Shown: positions 14,515 through 31,195 of the stretch, piece after piece
Numbering within the stretch: the first letter of the stretch is position 1
Layout: every line of letters begins with the position of its first letter
Assembly (NCBI RefSeq): GCF_006345805.1
Contig: NC_043006.1
Span: forward strand, 98,208,001 to 98,272,000
From: Octopus sinensis
Taxonomy: Eukaryota
Reading direction: 5' to 3'
Length of the DNA stretch: 64,000 nt
The notes under the pieces: model-generated
Told to the model about the DNA's origin: nothing
Database searches by the model: none
What the model saw: only the letters and a program-made list of their open reading frames with translations
Program-made: the position numbers and the translations under genes

Positions 14515-15095
14515 TTTAAATAATAAACTTCTGGAAAGTTTTATAGATTTTTACAGTTCCGTTGATGGACTAGATTTGTAGTCTTCGAATTAGCTTTCTT
14601 CTTTCTGGTTTTGAGAACCCTAATTTTTCACGATTGGTATTTAGGCAATGTGTTACATATCCCAGGGCCCCAATTATTATAGGTGTTATACTGAACATGT
14701 AATGTAGATAGATTTCGCAATATTTCAACAGAGGTGTGAAAAAGAGACATTTTCCCTGATCCAAAGCTTTATGTTAACATCTACTGCTCAGTTTATTTCT
14801 GAAACTGTGCACAGTTTCTCTTCTCTATCCCAAAGCATTATATCAGCTCTGTTGTGCTTACATTTTATTGGGGTCTTCACTGGTACATTCCACCATTATT
14901 CCTTTTTATTATGAGTGGCTATGGGTTCTAAGAGATTATGGTTTTTTTTTATTTCTTTGTCCTACGGATTATCCTTTTGATGGATTTCATTATAGTGTGT
15001 CCTAGCTACAACATCATGTTTCATCGTAGATAAGCCATGATGACATTTTAGGAAAACTGTTATGTTGTGGGTGATATCTTCAGTGTGAACTTCAC
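14515..15095 (-). mobile_element. R2/R4(Dong)-like non-LTR 3' fragment (restriction-like endonuclease region)
   Basis: Minus frames give EDITH, HDVVARTLYNEI, WWNVPVKT..KHNRADIMLWD and ITPIIIGALG. Confidence 0.75.
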
Positions 15096-15262
15096 GTAAG
15101 TATGTATTTATCTATGTATGTATACATATACATACATACATACATATATATATATATTATATATATATATATATATATAAATATATATATAAATATTTAT
15201 ATACATATATACATATATATATATCCATGTATGTACACACACACTCACACACACATACACTT

Positions 15263-15305
<43 letters not shown>

Positions 15306-16025
15306 GAAAAACATTACTCTCGAAATACACACACACACGCTCACATATATATGTATGTGTACGTGTGAAAGCATATGTGGGAACGAGAGGTGTATATGTC
15401 TGAGATTGTGTGAGTCTGCGTGCATGAATGTCTGGGTGATTATTAAAAATAGATATTAAAGCAACTTTATGTAGAACGCTATGGGTGTCCTCTACACACA
15501 TACACACACTGAAGCAGACACATACGCGCGCGCATGCACACACACACGCACATACACATATGCATACACACAACACATCACACCCAAACACACACACTCT
15601 CAAAGATAATGTGTTTAGTGAATATTGACACATAGACGAAGCAGGTGGCCGCACACGAGCAGTTTTGAAAAGTAATAAATGAAGGATGAGCAATTATGCA
15701 AGGTCTAGTGAATTCGCTGGCATCCAGTTGTTCTCCGTTCAATATATGTTTATAAGAGAATAGTATCTTAGTGTAATGGTAAAATTTTGATATTTGTGTA
15801 TTATGCAAAAACAATCTGTGTTGAAGAAAATGTTCTTTGACGTTCACTTGTTGATTTTGAATTCCAGTTCGTCTCTGATCAAAAAATAGTTATAATTGAC
15901 ATATTTTTTCTTATTGGCAATAAATTGGGAACTCCTTATCAAACATATATATATATATAATATTCTTTAATAAATTATGTTCAACATAATACGAAGAAAA
16001 TATTGTTGTTTATTGCTGTAGTTTA

Positions 16026-16886
16026 TGTGACCACACATAAGAATCACGGCTGGTTACTGTCAGGTTCTGCGATAGTTTAGCATTGATAACCCTTGAAAAC
16101 GTTCAGAAGTGATGAGTAAAATAGACTAAAAATATTTTAGAAACCATAGGTGAACATACGTAAGAATGACGGCTGGTTACTGTCAGATTCTGCCATAGTT
16201 TAGCATTGATAACCCTTGAAAACGTTCAGAAGTGATTAGTAAAATAGTCGAAAAATATTTTAGAAACCATAGGTGACCATACGTAAGAATGACGGCTGGT
16301 TACTGTCAGATTCTGCCATAGTTTAGCATTGATAACCCTTGAAAACGTTCAGAAGTGATTAGTAAAATAACCTAAAAATATTTTAGAAACCATAGGTGAC
16401 CATACGTAAGAATGACGGCTGGTTACTGTCAGATTCTGCCATAGTTTAGCATTGATAACCCTTGAAAAGGTTCAGAAGTGATTAGTAAAATAACCTAAAA
16501 ATATTTTAGAAACCATAGGTGACCATACGTAAGAATGACGGCTGGTTACTGTCAGATTCTGCCATAGTTTAGCATTGATAACCCTTGAAAACGTTCAGAA
16601 GTGATTAGTAAAATAACCTAAAAATATTTTAGAAACCATAGGTGACCATACGTAAGAATGACGGCTGGTTACTGTCAGATTCTGCCATAGTTTAGCATTG
16701 ATAACCCTTGAAAAGGTTCAGAAGTGATTAGTAAAATAACCTAAAAATATTTTAGAAACCATAGGTGACCATACGTAAGAATGACGGCTGGTTACTGTCA
16801 GATTCTGCCATAGTTTAGCATTGATAACCCTTGAAAACGTTCAGAAGTGATTAGTAAAATAACCTAAAAATATTTTAGAAACCATA
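16026..16886. repeat. Tandem array, 7 x 123 bp
   Basis: Unit starts at 16026, 16149, 16272, 16395, 16518, 16641 and 16764; near-identical units with no spacers. Confidence 0.97.
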
Positions 16887-17474
16887 TCATATACACAAAG
16901 TGTAAATATAGGAAGATGCTATAGATGAAGAAATGCATATAATGCAACAAAAAACATACATGCATATATTCTGGCACCCTACGATTTCCGCCTGCCTAGT
17001 CTTGCGACGGTCAGTCATATGCGCAAAACTTTAATAACAGAGAAGTGTTTAAAACGAATGCACAATGAATGGATATATGTATGTATGTGTATATGTATTT
17101 ATATGTATATGTATGTGTCTATGTGTGTATGTATGTAAGCATGCATGTATGTATATTTATATATGTGTATATATATATCCTTTAATATATTTATCTATAT
17201 AATTATAAATTTAGTATATATATATAGATATATATTTAAGTTTGTGCGGAAAGAGGTCGTTCTCTCATAGGGATATTTACCCACGTCTATACCTGTTTAG
17301 CTGCTCTATATCAATTTATCCTTCTGTGAATTCCACATTTGCATACGCACTAGTGCTTATCGTTGGTTCTTCTCTGAAAATTAGTCCCTTACTCTCTTGA
17401 AGTCACAGTAAATGTTGTAATCTTTTCGATATAGGAGAAAAATTGTAACAATCAAAAGAGAATAGAGAATGTAT

Positions 17475-18089
17475 TTATAATAATAGTCAATTCATGTTGC
17501 CTACACGTGTTTCGGTTTCAATTACTTAAATCCATATTATGCAATTAAATTGCATTATGTATGAATTTTAAAAATCAAAATCCTTCACCATAGCAAGAGT
17601 TTATCAAAGTAATTTTTTTCCATACCTCCTCAACGGATGGAGAGTTCATTCTAATTGAATTGTAGTCTGTGTATCTTTGGTTCCGTTCAAAATATAGGTA
17701 TAAGTTGATTCTGACCTTTGGACATGGAATAAATATAGTTCTGAAAACTAGTTCATGTTACTATCCACCCTTTTTAGTGGTGCAAAAGGGACAGGTTTTT
17801 CTTTAAAAAGCTGGTCATTTATCATTAACTCCAAAAAATAATCCATATTAACTATATAGGTTTATATACCTCCCATTCCCACGTTGTACTAACTATCTTG
17901 TTCACAATATACCTAAGCCTTCTTATTTATTGGTAATACAAAAATCTATGTATGTCCTTATTTATTATCTGCTACCTATTAAATTTTGTTTATTCTTATT
18001 GTAAGAAGTTCTATTAGTTGTTACTGATAAAAATTATTTATTTAGATAGTTCAGGTTCGTGCCTATACTTGTCAATTTAATACACGTTG

Positions 18090-18142
<53 letters not shown>

Positions 18143-20738
18143 AATCTATTTAATTATGAAGAAAGTATGTTTAACTTTAGGAAGTTAGGGATTGTACTAT
18201 TCATACAATGTTTATTGATATTACATTTAGGTATTCATACAATGTGTTAATTTAGATTAAATTTATTTAGATTCGATAAATATAAATATAACTTTTTAAA
18301 CTTTATGAATAAATAAGAAACCCCTTTCACTCTTATTAAAGGCATAATTTATTTAGATATATTTCATGATAGTTTGGTTTCCTACATTATTTGTCAATTT
18401 AATTAATAGTGTAGAAGTACAATTCTCAGGTTGCAAATACATGGCATTTAATTCTTTAATCTAAACTATTTAAAAATAACGAAAATATATTTAGCTGTAA
18501 TTATTATTTCTATGTAATAATTTCTTGTCAATTATTCTATTATAATATGTATTAATTTCTTGTTTCCAATTATTCTATTGTAATATGTAATAATTTCTTG
18601 TTGCCAATTATTCGATGAAATAATTACTTGTTGCCAATTATTTCTATGTAACAATTGTATTATTCACTCAGTTTCGATTTAATTATACTCATTTCAATTT
18701 ATCAAAACTTATTAAATGTATATTTAACCCTATACACACAAGAAAAAAACTGTTTCTCTCTTATTATTTAATAATTCATTTTTTGATTTGAGAATTTGAC
18801 AAAGTTCTTCATCAGAGAATTGACACATTTTGTTCCCTGTGATATAAGATTTAGCTAGGCTAATTACTTCCCATCTAACTGTATATTCTCTATTTTTATC
18901 TTTAATTGTCCAACATTTGTTTGCTAAGGTTAGTGCTTATTTCTTTTCGCCTATCCCTAAAGGTGTTTTCATGGTTCATAATACTTCTTTTTATGCAGTT
19001 TTCAGTAGAACCTACATAATAGTAATCCTTTCCCTCTGAAATTCCCATTCACTTGTATATATATTTTTCTCTGCAAAAATTCCTTAACGGACACCGTTCC
19101 TGCTTGACATAATTACATGCTATATGTCTAGGAACATTCCTTGTTTCCTTACCAGATATGTTCCGCTGGCATACTTTGTCTTCTGAGTTTCTATCTTCAT
19201 ATTCATTTGCTATGTTACGAGTCTTAACCTATTAACCTATTCCTTTTTGCATCCATTTAATGTTTATACCTTTTTCCTTTATGTGGTCATTGCTCCAATT
19301 ATAAATGCCAACCATTATATTTCTATTATTATTGTTTGTATTTCTATTACCGTTTTTGCTATTAGTATTGTTTTTACTGTTTCTTCCCTTATTATATTTC
19401 ATGCTTATATTTTAGATAGTTGTGGGATTCCTCTAGAGTTACTTTCCTTCCTTCGTTGTTGTTGTTGTCTATCTCAATCCAGCATTAAATTCTTCATTCT
19501 TTTGGTCATTTAATCATTCATTTATATTCTCTTTATCCTTATTATTATAGAAAACATTTCAACTTTTAGTATTTTGTGTAGCTATTACTTGTGTTGTTTC
19601 AAGAAGTACAAACGATAGCTCTTATTGTGCGTGTGTTTATAATTTTATGGTACTTATTTTTCTCACACAAATATTTAGATACTGCTTCGTAGAATAACGT
19701 CCCTATATTAGCTCTAATCCGCTTTGCAAATGGTATTATGAACCATATGATATTGTTCTTAGAATGATTTTTATGTGGGCTGATTTCATTTATACATAGA
19801 GTGTGATTTTTACAGAATTGCTGTTGGCATTATCGTTTTACCTTCGCAAATCCCACCTTTTTGTTGTTTATCTTTCCGTTTTAGTTTGTATTCATATACC
19901 TAAAATTTCTCTCGCTATTGCGTTTTGTTATAGGCTTATTTACTATCTTACTCTCTTTGATTTATACTATCTCATTACTGCTTTTCTCCTTGTCGTATGT
20001 GCTCGGTTTATTTACGTTTTGTAACTGTATCCTGGTGCTTTTTCCTTATATTTTTGTATAAGATTTATGCCATATCAGTAACTATCCCTATATTTGTTTT
20101 TATTTAATTCCATATTAATATCGTTATTGCATTTCTTTCTTTGCGTATTGTTACTATTAATAGAATTAAAGTTTGGCCCATCGCATTAAAACTTTTGCTT
20201 ATATCGGGTTTCACCTAGTGTGATATTTTAATAATAACATTTTCCTTATAGATTTCCTCATACGCCGAGATATTAGAAATTCTTGTTGAAATATTTTCAA
20301 CCAATTTATGCGTAATATTTCTTGGATGGTCACTTTTTACGTTAATGTGTTCAGTTTATGGTAGGGTTTATCCTTACCTGTTTCTAAATCTAGGTTATCG
20401 CCCAAGAGGTTGATGGAGTTATGTTCATTTTCGATAGATTAGAAATATATAAATTTCTTTTTATATATTTCTAAAAAGGGTAAAAAGTACATCATCCCTG
20501 TATTAACCCTCCAAATTCAGAAACTTCTCTCCTTAATTTAAATAGTATGCATATATCCACTAAATCTGTGATTTGTGCTGAGTCAGCAGATCCCATTGTT
20601 ACGTCAGAACCATCGGTATTGTCCTTTCCTACCCAGTATTTGCTTTTCAAAGTACGTAATACAATTCAATAGCATAGTGTGGATTTAAATAATTAAAACC
20701 GAAAACGCATAGGCAACATGAATTGACTATTATTATAA
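17475..20738 (-). mobile_element. 5'-truncated Penelope-like element (RT, low-complexity linker, GIY-YIG endonuclease) flanked by inverted pLTR segments
   Basis: Minus strand: YWVGKDNTDGSDVTMGSADSAQITDLV and YRDD (~20490-20640); YYYVGSTENCIKRSIMNHENT and WTIKDKNREYTVRWEVISLAKSY (~18840-19030). ~17475-17575 is an inverted match to ~20645-20738. Confidence 0.88.
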
Positions 20739-20754
20739 TGAATATACTAATTAT

Positions 20755-20895
20755 TCTGTGTACCAACCATATGGTTCCGAATTCTCATCCCACTGCATGG
20801 AATCTTGGCCAAGTGTATTTTACTGTATCCGCGGGCCGACCAAACCCTTGTAAGGGCATTTTGTAGACGGAAACTCAAAGAAGCTTTTTCGTATA
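20755..20895 (+). mobile_element. tRNA-derived SINE 5' fragment
   Basis: Matches the 5' part of the SINE at 47217-47635 (ccaaccatatggttcc...cgggccgaccaa...gtagacggaaact). Confidence 0.75.
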
Positions 20896-20900
20896 TATAA

Positions 20901-20933
<33 letters not shown>

Positions 20934-21050
20934 AGTGTGTGTGTGTGTGTGTGTGTGCGTGTGTGCGTGAATGTATACATAATATATGCATGTATTTACG
21001 TCTGTATCTCTCTCTCTCTCTCCCTTTATCTATATATATATTTATATAAA

Positions 21051-21152
<102 letters not shown>

Positions 21153-22039
21153 CATATTACATATGAATACAAGGTCGTCCTTGGGTGCGACTAGTAACAT
21201 GTAACTCAGTACAATTTGTTGAATGGTCGGGTCGTCGGCAGCTAAACCTGAATCACCAGTAAGGCCTGTTTGGTGAATAGGGTGATTTGTATTTTGGCAA
21301 CTGCACAATGAGAAGGAGGAAACGTCAAAAGGTTAGTTAAAGTCAGATAAGACAAATACCTTTAGTGTAAAACCATGGACAGTCTGGAGGCCTTCATATC
21401 TTATAACATCATTCTCCTAGGAGAGGTTCACTCTCCTGTAAAATCCTTTGGTTGTATGTGGTTACTTGTCATCTGACATCGACCTATCACTAAGTATTAA
21501 TCAAGAAAACTCAGAGAGGGTTGCTCGTATTGTAGAAGTGTTTATCACCATAATCCAATGATGATAGTGACCTCATCTATCATTTGTCTTCCATTTACCT
21601 TAAGTCGTATTGCATGAAAATGGGCCAACATATATAGACCTAACAAGTTGGAAGCGCACAGTTCAAATCTATATATAGGGGTTATAGGGGTCAAACTTCT
21701 ATCCTAAAATCTTTGTTGTGTCTTCCCGTGACATGAACCGATTCGGATAGAGATACCTATGACTGTGCTATATTTAGAAAGGACACAGATCACCTAAATT
21801 TCTGAAAAGATACTCTAAATATTGCTTATCACATCGGAATTGGTATGCTTCTTGTGGTTAACAGTGGTTTATTGAAGTAAGTAGACGAAAGATGAAAAAT
21901 GTTATAACATATTCGCAAAATATTTCGCTAATATCAATATTTGATGCTGGACCGTTAGAACCTTACTGGATCAAACTTCCTAAACGAAATTGAAATATCC
22001 TTCATCATGAAAATTTCGAGCCGCGTAGAAAAAGCATCA

Positions 22040-22900
22040 AGTAATACTAAACAGATTTACCATTTATAGGGCGAGCAAAACTAATGAGGCCCCTGGACTA
22101 TGCTTTCTCTGGTACTGGCCATGGTTGACGATTATACATTCTAGGCACCTTTCAATATCCCAACGAACGTTTGAAAACAGGCGAATTTTTTCCTTCCGCA
22201 TATGATGCAACTTGGATTCGTCAGATGATGCAACTTGGAATGAACTGTTGATAGGACCGTCCTGAATGAAGAACCACACACGTGATTAAATAACGTCAGA
22301 GTCTGTACATAGAATTTGCAGCTTTGTCTTGAAAACAATCTCTCTGAAGGACATCGGCTTACTGAAGTAGCATCAGACTTCACACTGTACTGGGGTTGCC
22401 AAACAAAATGTGAATGGCAAATGACTGGATGGTTATGTCATTTATGCGATCAGAACAACTTTCGCCAGGATGTTTGAAGTGTCCTTTTAGGAATCGCTGA
22501 TGGCATAATAAAGCTTTGCTTTCTACTTTCATGTGGATGATATGTTACAATTCTATCAGTTTAAGTTTTTGCTCTCCGAGCCAATGGAGAAACTATCATG
22601 TCTCTGTGGAAATATTTGTACTGCTTTGACATCAACAACAGTTGAAAAAATAGATCGTTCTTGGTGACTTAAATGTGGGAGTTGATAGAGACTATGACAC
22701 ATGGGATGTGCTACTCTGCCATGGCACCGGTAAATTTAGACGCGTATGGTTTGAAGCTACTTAAACTTAGTCATTCGCAGCACATTCTTCCACCAAAAGC
22801 TCAATAATGACGTTACATGGACCTGGGATCTAAAAATGGTCATGCGATTGAATTTATATTCACCCCCTAATATGACCTCAGTGGCGTATGTGTGATGCAG
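22040..22900 (-). mobile_element. Heavily decayed Tc1/mariner-like transposase remnant
   Basis: WFFIQDG motif and a C-terminal RCLECIIVNHGQ-type ending in ORF 22064-22279. Confidence 0.45.
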
Positions 22901-23020
22901 ACCACAGAGTGTGACACAGATCACCGAATGTTGCGAGGAAAATATAAAACGCAAATTCGTAAAATGCTTCATGTGAGTGGGGTGAAAATCCAATGAGTAT
23001 CACTGTTACAAAATTAAAAC

Positions 23021-23269
23021 TATTGGGTTGGTGCATAATTATTGCGGCTTGTTTTCAACACATTTTATTCAACAAAAATAATAACATGTAACAAAAATAT
23101 CTGTAAATGATTATTCCGGGTTATATTCACCATCTACTTCAATTACTGCTTCCCATTTGCTTGGCAGACGGTCAGACCGTCATTTAAAGATGTGTTTGTT
23201 AAATATTAATGTTTTTGTTGAATAAAATTTGTTGAAAAAAACCCGCAATAATTATGCACCAAGCCAATA
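23021..23269. mobile_element. Mariner-derived MITE (internal deletion derivative)
   Basis: ~55-bp imperfect TIRs starting TA-TTGGGTTGGTGCATAATTATTGCGG and ending CCGCAATAATTATGCACCAAGCCAA-TA; internal transposase C-terminus remnant DRLPSKWEAVIEVDGEY on the minus strand. Confidence 0.9.
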
Positions 23270-23349
23270 AATAAGTATATGAAACCTTAAACAAACAACA
23301 TGGTTGTATTGATTTTGATGGCACATAGGGGAACTTTAAAAGTCTTGGG

Positions 23350-24750
23350 TACTCAATGGGAGCGAGTGTATTTGGTGCTTGTATGAAAAAATAAACAAAC
23401 TGATTTCACGATAACGATACTACTATCAGCAATGTACTAGAAATGAGACCAGGTCTTCATGGAAATAATTTGAGCCAATGACCTTTGGCATAGCTTATTA
23501 CGGAAGGGATATATAGAGAATTCAAAGCAACGTAATAACAGGAAGTAAGAATACGTAAAAAGGAATGGTGGTTGAAGGTCCCTTCTGAAATTCGAAAAGC
23601 ATACTATGTAAAGAATTGGAAGCTATTTTATGGCTTTCTACCTGAAGGGAAAGGCTAAGTCCACCAACTTATATTCGAGTCCCTCTGATGTCGAAGCAGA
23701 GAGAACCGGAGAAAATCCTGCAGCCCTGACAAGAACCCTTTACAGATTTATTAGACTTCTCATCAATGATAGTGCTATTGATTCTTTATCAATGTCCACA
23801 AAGAATTTATTATCAGTTTATGACGGAAGGTAAAGTATTCTCAAACAGATATATACTGGTAAGGAATCAATGTTGTTCTCTTTGAACTGCTGAAAGCTAG
23901 AAGCAAGAAGGTACCAGTAATATTTAATCCTCTTTCAAGATTAAAGGAGAAAATAGAAATTGTGATCACTATTATGGAATCACACCCATGGAAGCTGCTG
24001 GCACAGTATTTGCTAGACTTTTTGTTGAGCAAGCTAATGGATAAAATGTATCCTACAATCAAGCTTGAATATAAAAGTGACTTTAGATCAGGTAGAGTAA
24101 AAATTCGTCTTGTTTCTCTCCTTTTGATACAAGAATCATGCACTGAACAACAGTTGGCTTTATATAAACGTTTTGCTGATTTAACCAAAGAATTTGATAC
24201 AGTAAACAAAGATGCTCTTTGAAAAATTCTTGGAAATGCTAGCTGCTCACATTTCTTGACAGTGTGTTTAAGTGGTTGTAGAAATACATGAAGGCTCGGC
24301 ACTTTTTTATTGGAAAATTGACTGACCAACTTCCTATTAACAATCGAGTGATGCCTCTACATTATTCAAGATATTTTTCGAAGTTCTGCATATGTATGCT
24401 TTCTCTGGTTCTGAAAAAGGCGTTTACTTTCAGTTCAGAAGTACTGGAAGAGTCTTCAAAGAAAGAAAAGCTCAACTTTATGATGTAAATGATGGGGACT
24501 TTGATCGTGATTTGTGGTAGGAAAGTACTTGCGATTTCATTTCGGGACTAAAGAGATATATGACAGTTCACAGAGACCATACCTCACGGAGTGACCCGAT
24601 GAAAGGGAGCAGAACTCATACGTTTCGTCCGCAACATGTGCTTCAAGCCATGCACATCATTAGCTGGACTGAGTAGCCATTAGACAGGTCTTGGATTGAA
24701 AACTAGAACAAAATTCTGACAACGAGGAAACTCAGAGAGACGGTAGTCGT
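23350..24750 (+). mobile_element. RTE-like LINE remnant
   Basis: IQESCTEQQLALYKRFADLTKEFDTVNKDAL RT motif; C-terminal C..C..LAGLSSH zinc-finger-like remnant near 24630-24680. Confidence 0.75.
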
Positions 24751-26399
24751 TTTTAGACATGTAGCACTCCCGATATATGAATATGTAACCATACACACAG
24801 GTTACGTACGCGCACACACAGAGCACGTAACACATATTTATGGGAAATAATCATTAATTATAGTGTAGCCATTCACAAATTAGAATTAATACTCGTAGTA
24901 ATACATTTCATTAAAAGATTCATGAATGTTAATAAATTCACGAACGTTTTAAAACAACTGCATTTCCTTTTTATCAATTTGATGTTTTTGATACTTGTAT
25001 AATTCTATATAACCTTAATACTTTAATTTAGCAAATATCGATAACTGAAAGTTGTATAATGAATTGCGCGAAAGAAGTAATAAATTCACACAAAAGGTTC
25101 TCTGGGGCGAAACGTATCGATCCGAACGTTAAATAAAAATCTGGTAGAAAATTATTGAAGGATTTTTAGGAATGTACACTCATTCAGCGCATCAATAAAA
25201 ACGTATTAAATTGTTATATATTTAGAACAGAATCAAATGGAGGTTTTATACCTCAGCTACTCAATGACGAATCATGCACGTTGTGTCTCTCAGCGGATGG
25301 AACGCCATTTTACATTGCATCTTTTGCCGGATAATGCTTTGTCAATAACTATTAAAAGTGTGTTATCGCTGATGTTGCAATTTCTCCATAAACGATTAAT
25401 ATAATGTTTTATTTAACATGGAAACGGTGTCAGCGTTATCGGCAATTTAATTAATATTGCTTCATTAATGAATTTATGCATTTGTATTTAACATAACTTT
25501 ACACATATGTCCTGCAGTGCTGTATCATTTAGAATGCTGTGCTATTGACCCAGCAACAACACAACTTTCAATAACGTTGGATTCTTTAAACCACGCTCAT
25601 CTATGTGCCTAAAACGCTATTTTCATATATGTAATAGATCTAATGTATGAACACATGGTCAGCAATTTTCGTAACTTTGTTTTATCTTTTCCGTAGGCTG
25701 GAAAGTCATTGGAGCACTGCTGGACGTGAATGAATTCACAACCTAGATCAAGAAAAATACCGTCATACACATAATTCCATACACGATTTTGCCAAGCTGC
25801 CTCCAGTTTTGAAATAGAATAATAAAGGTTTTTGATTTAGGCACAAATCCATCGATTTTGACTGCAGTGTTTGATGAGAACCGTATTTCACCGACACTGG
25901 TGTGATGAAAGGAAAGGTGTCCTCGATGGTATTTGAACTCAGAATGTAAAGATTCGGAAGGATAACACGCAGATATATTTTCAGACGCCCTGACGATTAT
26001 ATTAAACCAGTATCCCGTTAACAGCAACGACGACGACGACAAAAACAACAACGACAACAGCAATAATAATGATAAATTTTATTTCTTTTTGGTTTGTTGT
26101 TGTTTATAGTCGACTCATCGACGATTGAACTGGCAATCCCAAAAACAAGCTTCGTGAGAAGGGTGTATTTTCCTGCAAATCTGCCCTTGCAAGACGAAAT
26201 GAATTCAGAAGCATCAACAGCCACTCATATAATATTTCTTTATTAGTAGTGCCACGGCGAGTCAATTATCAGCTTAGGGTAGCGGTAATGATAAAAAGAA
26301 TTCTTCTGAGTACAAATGCATTCGAGTTCGTTTTCATATGGATAAATTTCCCACAAAGAAAGTGTTTCTTTTTTTTTGACTAGAAACCCTTTAGAGATA

Positions 26400-27590
26400 A
26401 TGCCTAGAAAAACAGATTAGAGGAAATGAATGCATAAAATATGGACAGACAAAAACGTTTCCGTCAATACGGAGCGAAGTCTTATAGAAAGAATTTCAAA
26501 TGCTCAAGTGAAATCGGGATATCTCAGACGGATAGAAGCAATTGTAGAAAAGAAAGAAAGAAGGGAGATAGGGAAAAAGGGGCGAACTGCAAACAAAGTA
26601 CAGCATTGGACACAAAGGAATGAGGGTAGTTAAATACCTGTACAAGAAACATCGGGAATATGGGGTGTCAGATTCTGAAACACCAAAACAATTCTGGACC
26701 GATATATGGAGTAAACATGTCCAAATTAATATAAAGGCCGACTAATCGCCGGAATTTAATCCGAGATGGAAAGAAAGAAGAAAATATAAAAATTAAGAAT
26801 GAAAAACTGAAAGTAAGGATCAGGAATATATCAAACAGGAAAGTCCCTGGAACAAATGACACTCCGGGATTCTGGCTTTAAAATCTTCCAAGTAAGTACA
26901 ACCATATACAGCCGTTTATTTCTGGTAGCATAGAGAATGGAACGCTAACGTGAATCACAAAAAGAAGAACAGTGCTGATACAAACAGCCATAGAGAAGTG
27001 AGGCGGGGCCTTTGTAATTGTAGATCTATTATAGGTTTACCTTTACTCTAGAAGTCATTAACTGGCCTCTTAACAAAGGAAATGTCTAATTTTCTGGAGA
27101 AGAATTTATTGCCAGAATAGCCTAACGGCTGTAGAAATATCTCGAATGGAGCTGCTGATCTGCTGTACATAGATAGTGGGATACTAAATGAGATAGGAGT
27201 AAGACGGAAGGCTTTAGCTGTTGACTGGAAAGATTACAGGAAGGCTTATGGCAATATTCCATACTACTGGATCTTGGAGTGCTGGAAGAGACTTGGAATC
27301 TATAAGATAAGTCGACGAGTGTGGAAAGTAGAAGTGACATGTGAAAATGTATCACTAAAAAAAGTGACAATACAGTAGGCTATTTTCCAGAGAGATTCGC
27401 TGTCTCCGTAACTCTTCATCGTTGCATCAATCCCACTGACAAATATATTGAAAACACTGCAGGCCTGCCTATGAATTTACATACAAAACAAGGTAAAAAT
27501 AAATCGCCTGCATTGTGTGGACGATCACAAACTACATATAATAACATGAGAAAGACCTGGATTACTGATCCGAACAGATATGTGGATGAC
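26400..27590 (+). mobile_element. R4/Dong-like non-LTR RT remnant
   Basis: KVPGTNDTPGFWL, RTVLIQ, DYRKAYGNIPYYWILEC, FQRDSLSP and KINRLHCVDDHKL (INHLLFMDDLKL-like). Confidence 0.75.
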
Positions 27591-27677
27591 TAAGAAAATA
27601 ATTCTTTCTGTCGTAATCGGTGTACTTTCTAATATAATTTTATCTCGATGAGATTACATAATTTACTGTGTGATTTT

Positions 27678-27753
27678 TGAATGTGGCTAGCCACCGGGGG
27701 TAGGTGTTACTGAAGCTTCAGTAACACCCACCCCCAGTGGCTAGCCACATTCA
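27678..27753. repeat. ~76-bp near-perfect palindrome centred on AAGCTT
   Basis: tgaatgtggctagccaccgggggtaggtgttactgaag followed by cttcagtaacacccacccccagtggctagccacattca. Confidence 0.92.
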
Positions 27754-27831
27754 GATGGCTAGTACACTTTACGTTGTCGAGCGGTTACTGTTTACATCTC
27801 GTTCGGAGATTTATTAATGCTGTGTGATTTT

Positions 27832-30496
<2,665 letters not shown>

Positions 30497-30774
30497 GATC
30501 TGTTCACTCTAATCTGACGTTATATGAGTGAACACTTAAATACCCACAGTTCAAATATCAATGCCTTAATGCAAATCTCTTTCTCAGACGCTATACAAAT
30601 AACTCATTCTAACCATATAGCAACGTAAATAACTCATTTCCAACATTTAATAAATCGTGAAATTTAATTCTGCAATATGAAACATATTGTTTGTCTGAGC
30701 ATATCCTACGATGATTTTTCATTTCATATGTACAATTTAATACTTACCTGAATATGACGAATTATCTATAAAAC

Positions 30775-30978
30775 GAGTTCCTGGGTTGAAGGGTATCGGG
30801 AAAGGCCTGGTTGGGGTCCCAGTCTTCCAAGTTCTGTTTATGTGGCTTAGAAAACTGAAGGATCGCTGCAATAATTGTGTAAATCTGACAAGGGAATATG
30901 TAGAATAAAATTATAATTTAATGATCCGCCTGTATCGTCTTTTACCCAAAGCTAGAAATTTTTCAGCATACCCTCGTA
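30775..30978. mobile_element. Mariner-type non-autonomous remnant
   Basis: Terminal aatttttcagcataccctcgta matches the reverse complement of the TIR-like tacgaggggtgctgaaaagttcc at 35640-35675. Confidence 0.55.
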
Positions 30979-31110
30979 TATGTATTATTTTTCTCAACAG
31001 ACAGAACAAGATACAAATGCTTAAAACATAGTTCACCACTCAGCGGTTGAGTTTGTTTCAAAATCATTTCAAATACATTCTTTTGGATTATTGTGATTAT
31101 GTGCGTATAT

Positions 31111-31195
<85 letters not shown>

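Noticed and set aside
16026-16886. CRISPR-like array
   Set aside because: Units are contiguous with no unique spacers, there are no cas genes, and the context is eukaryotic.
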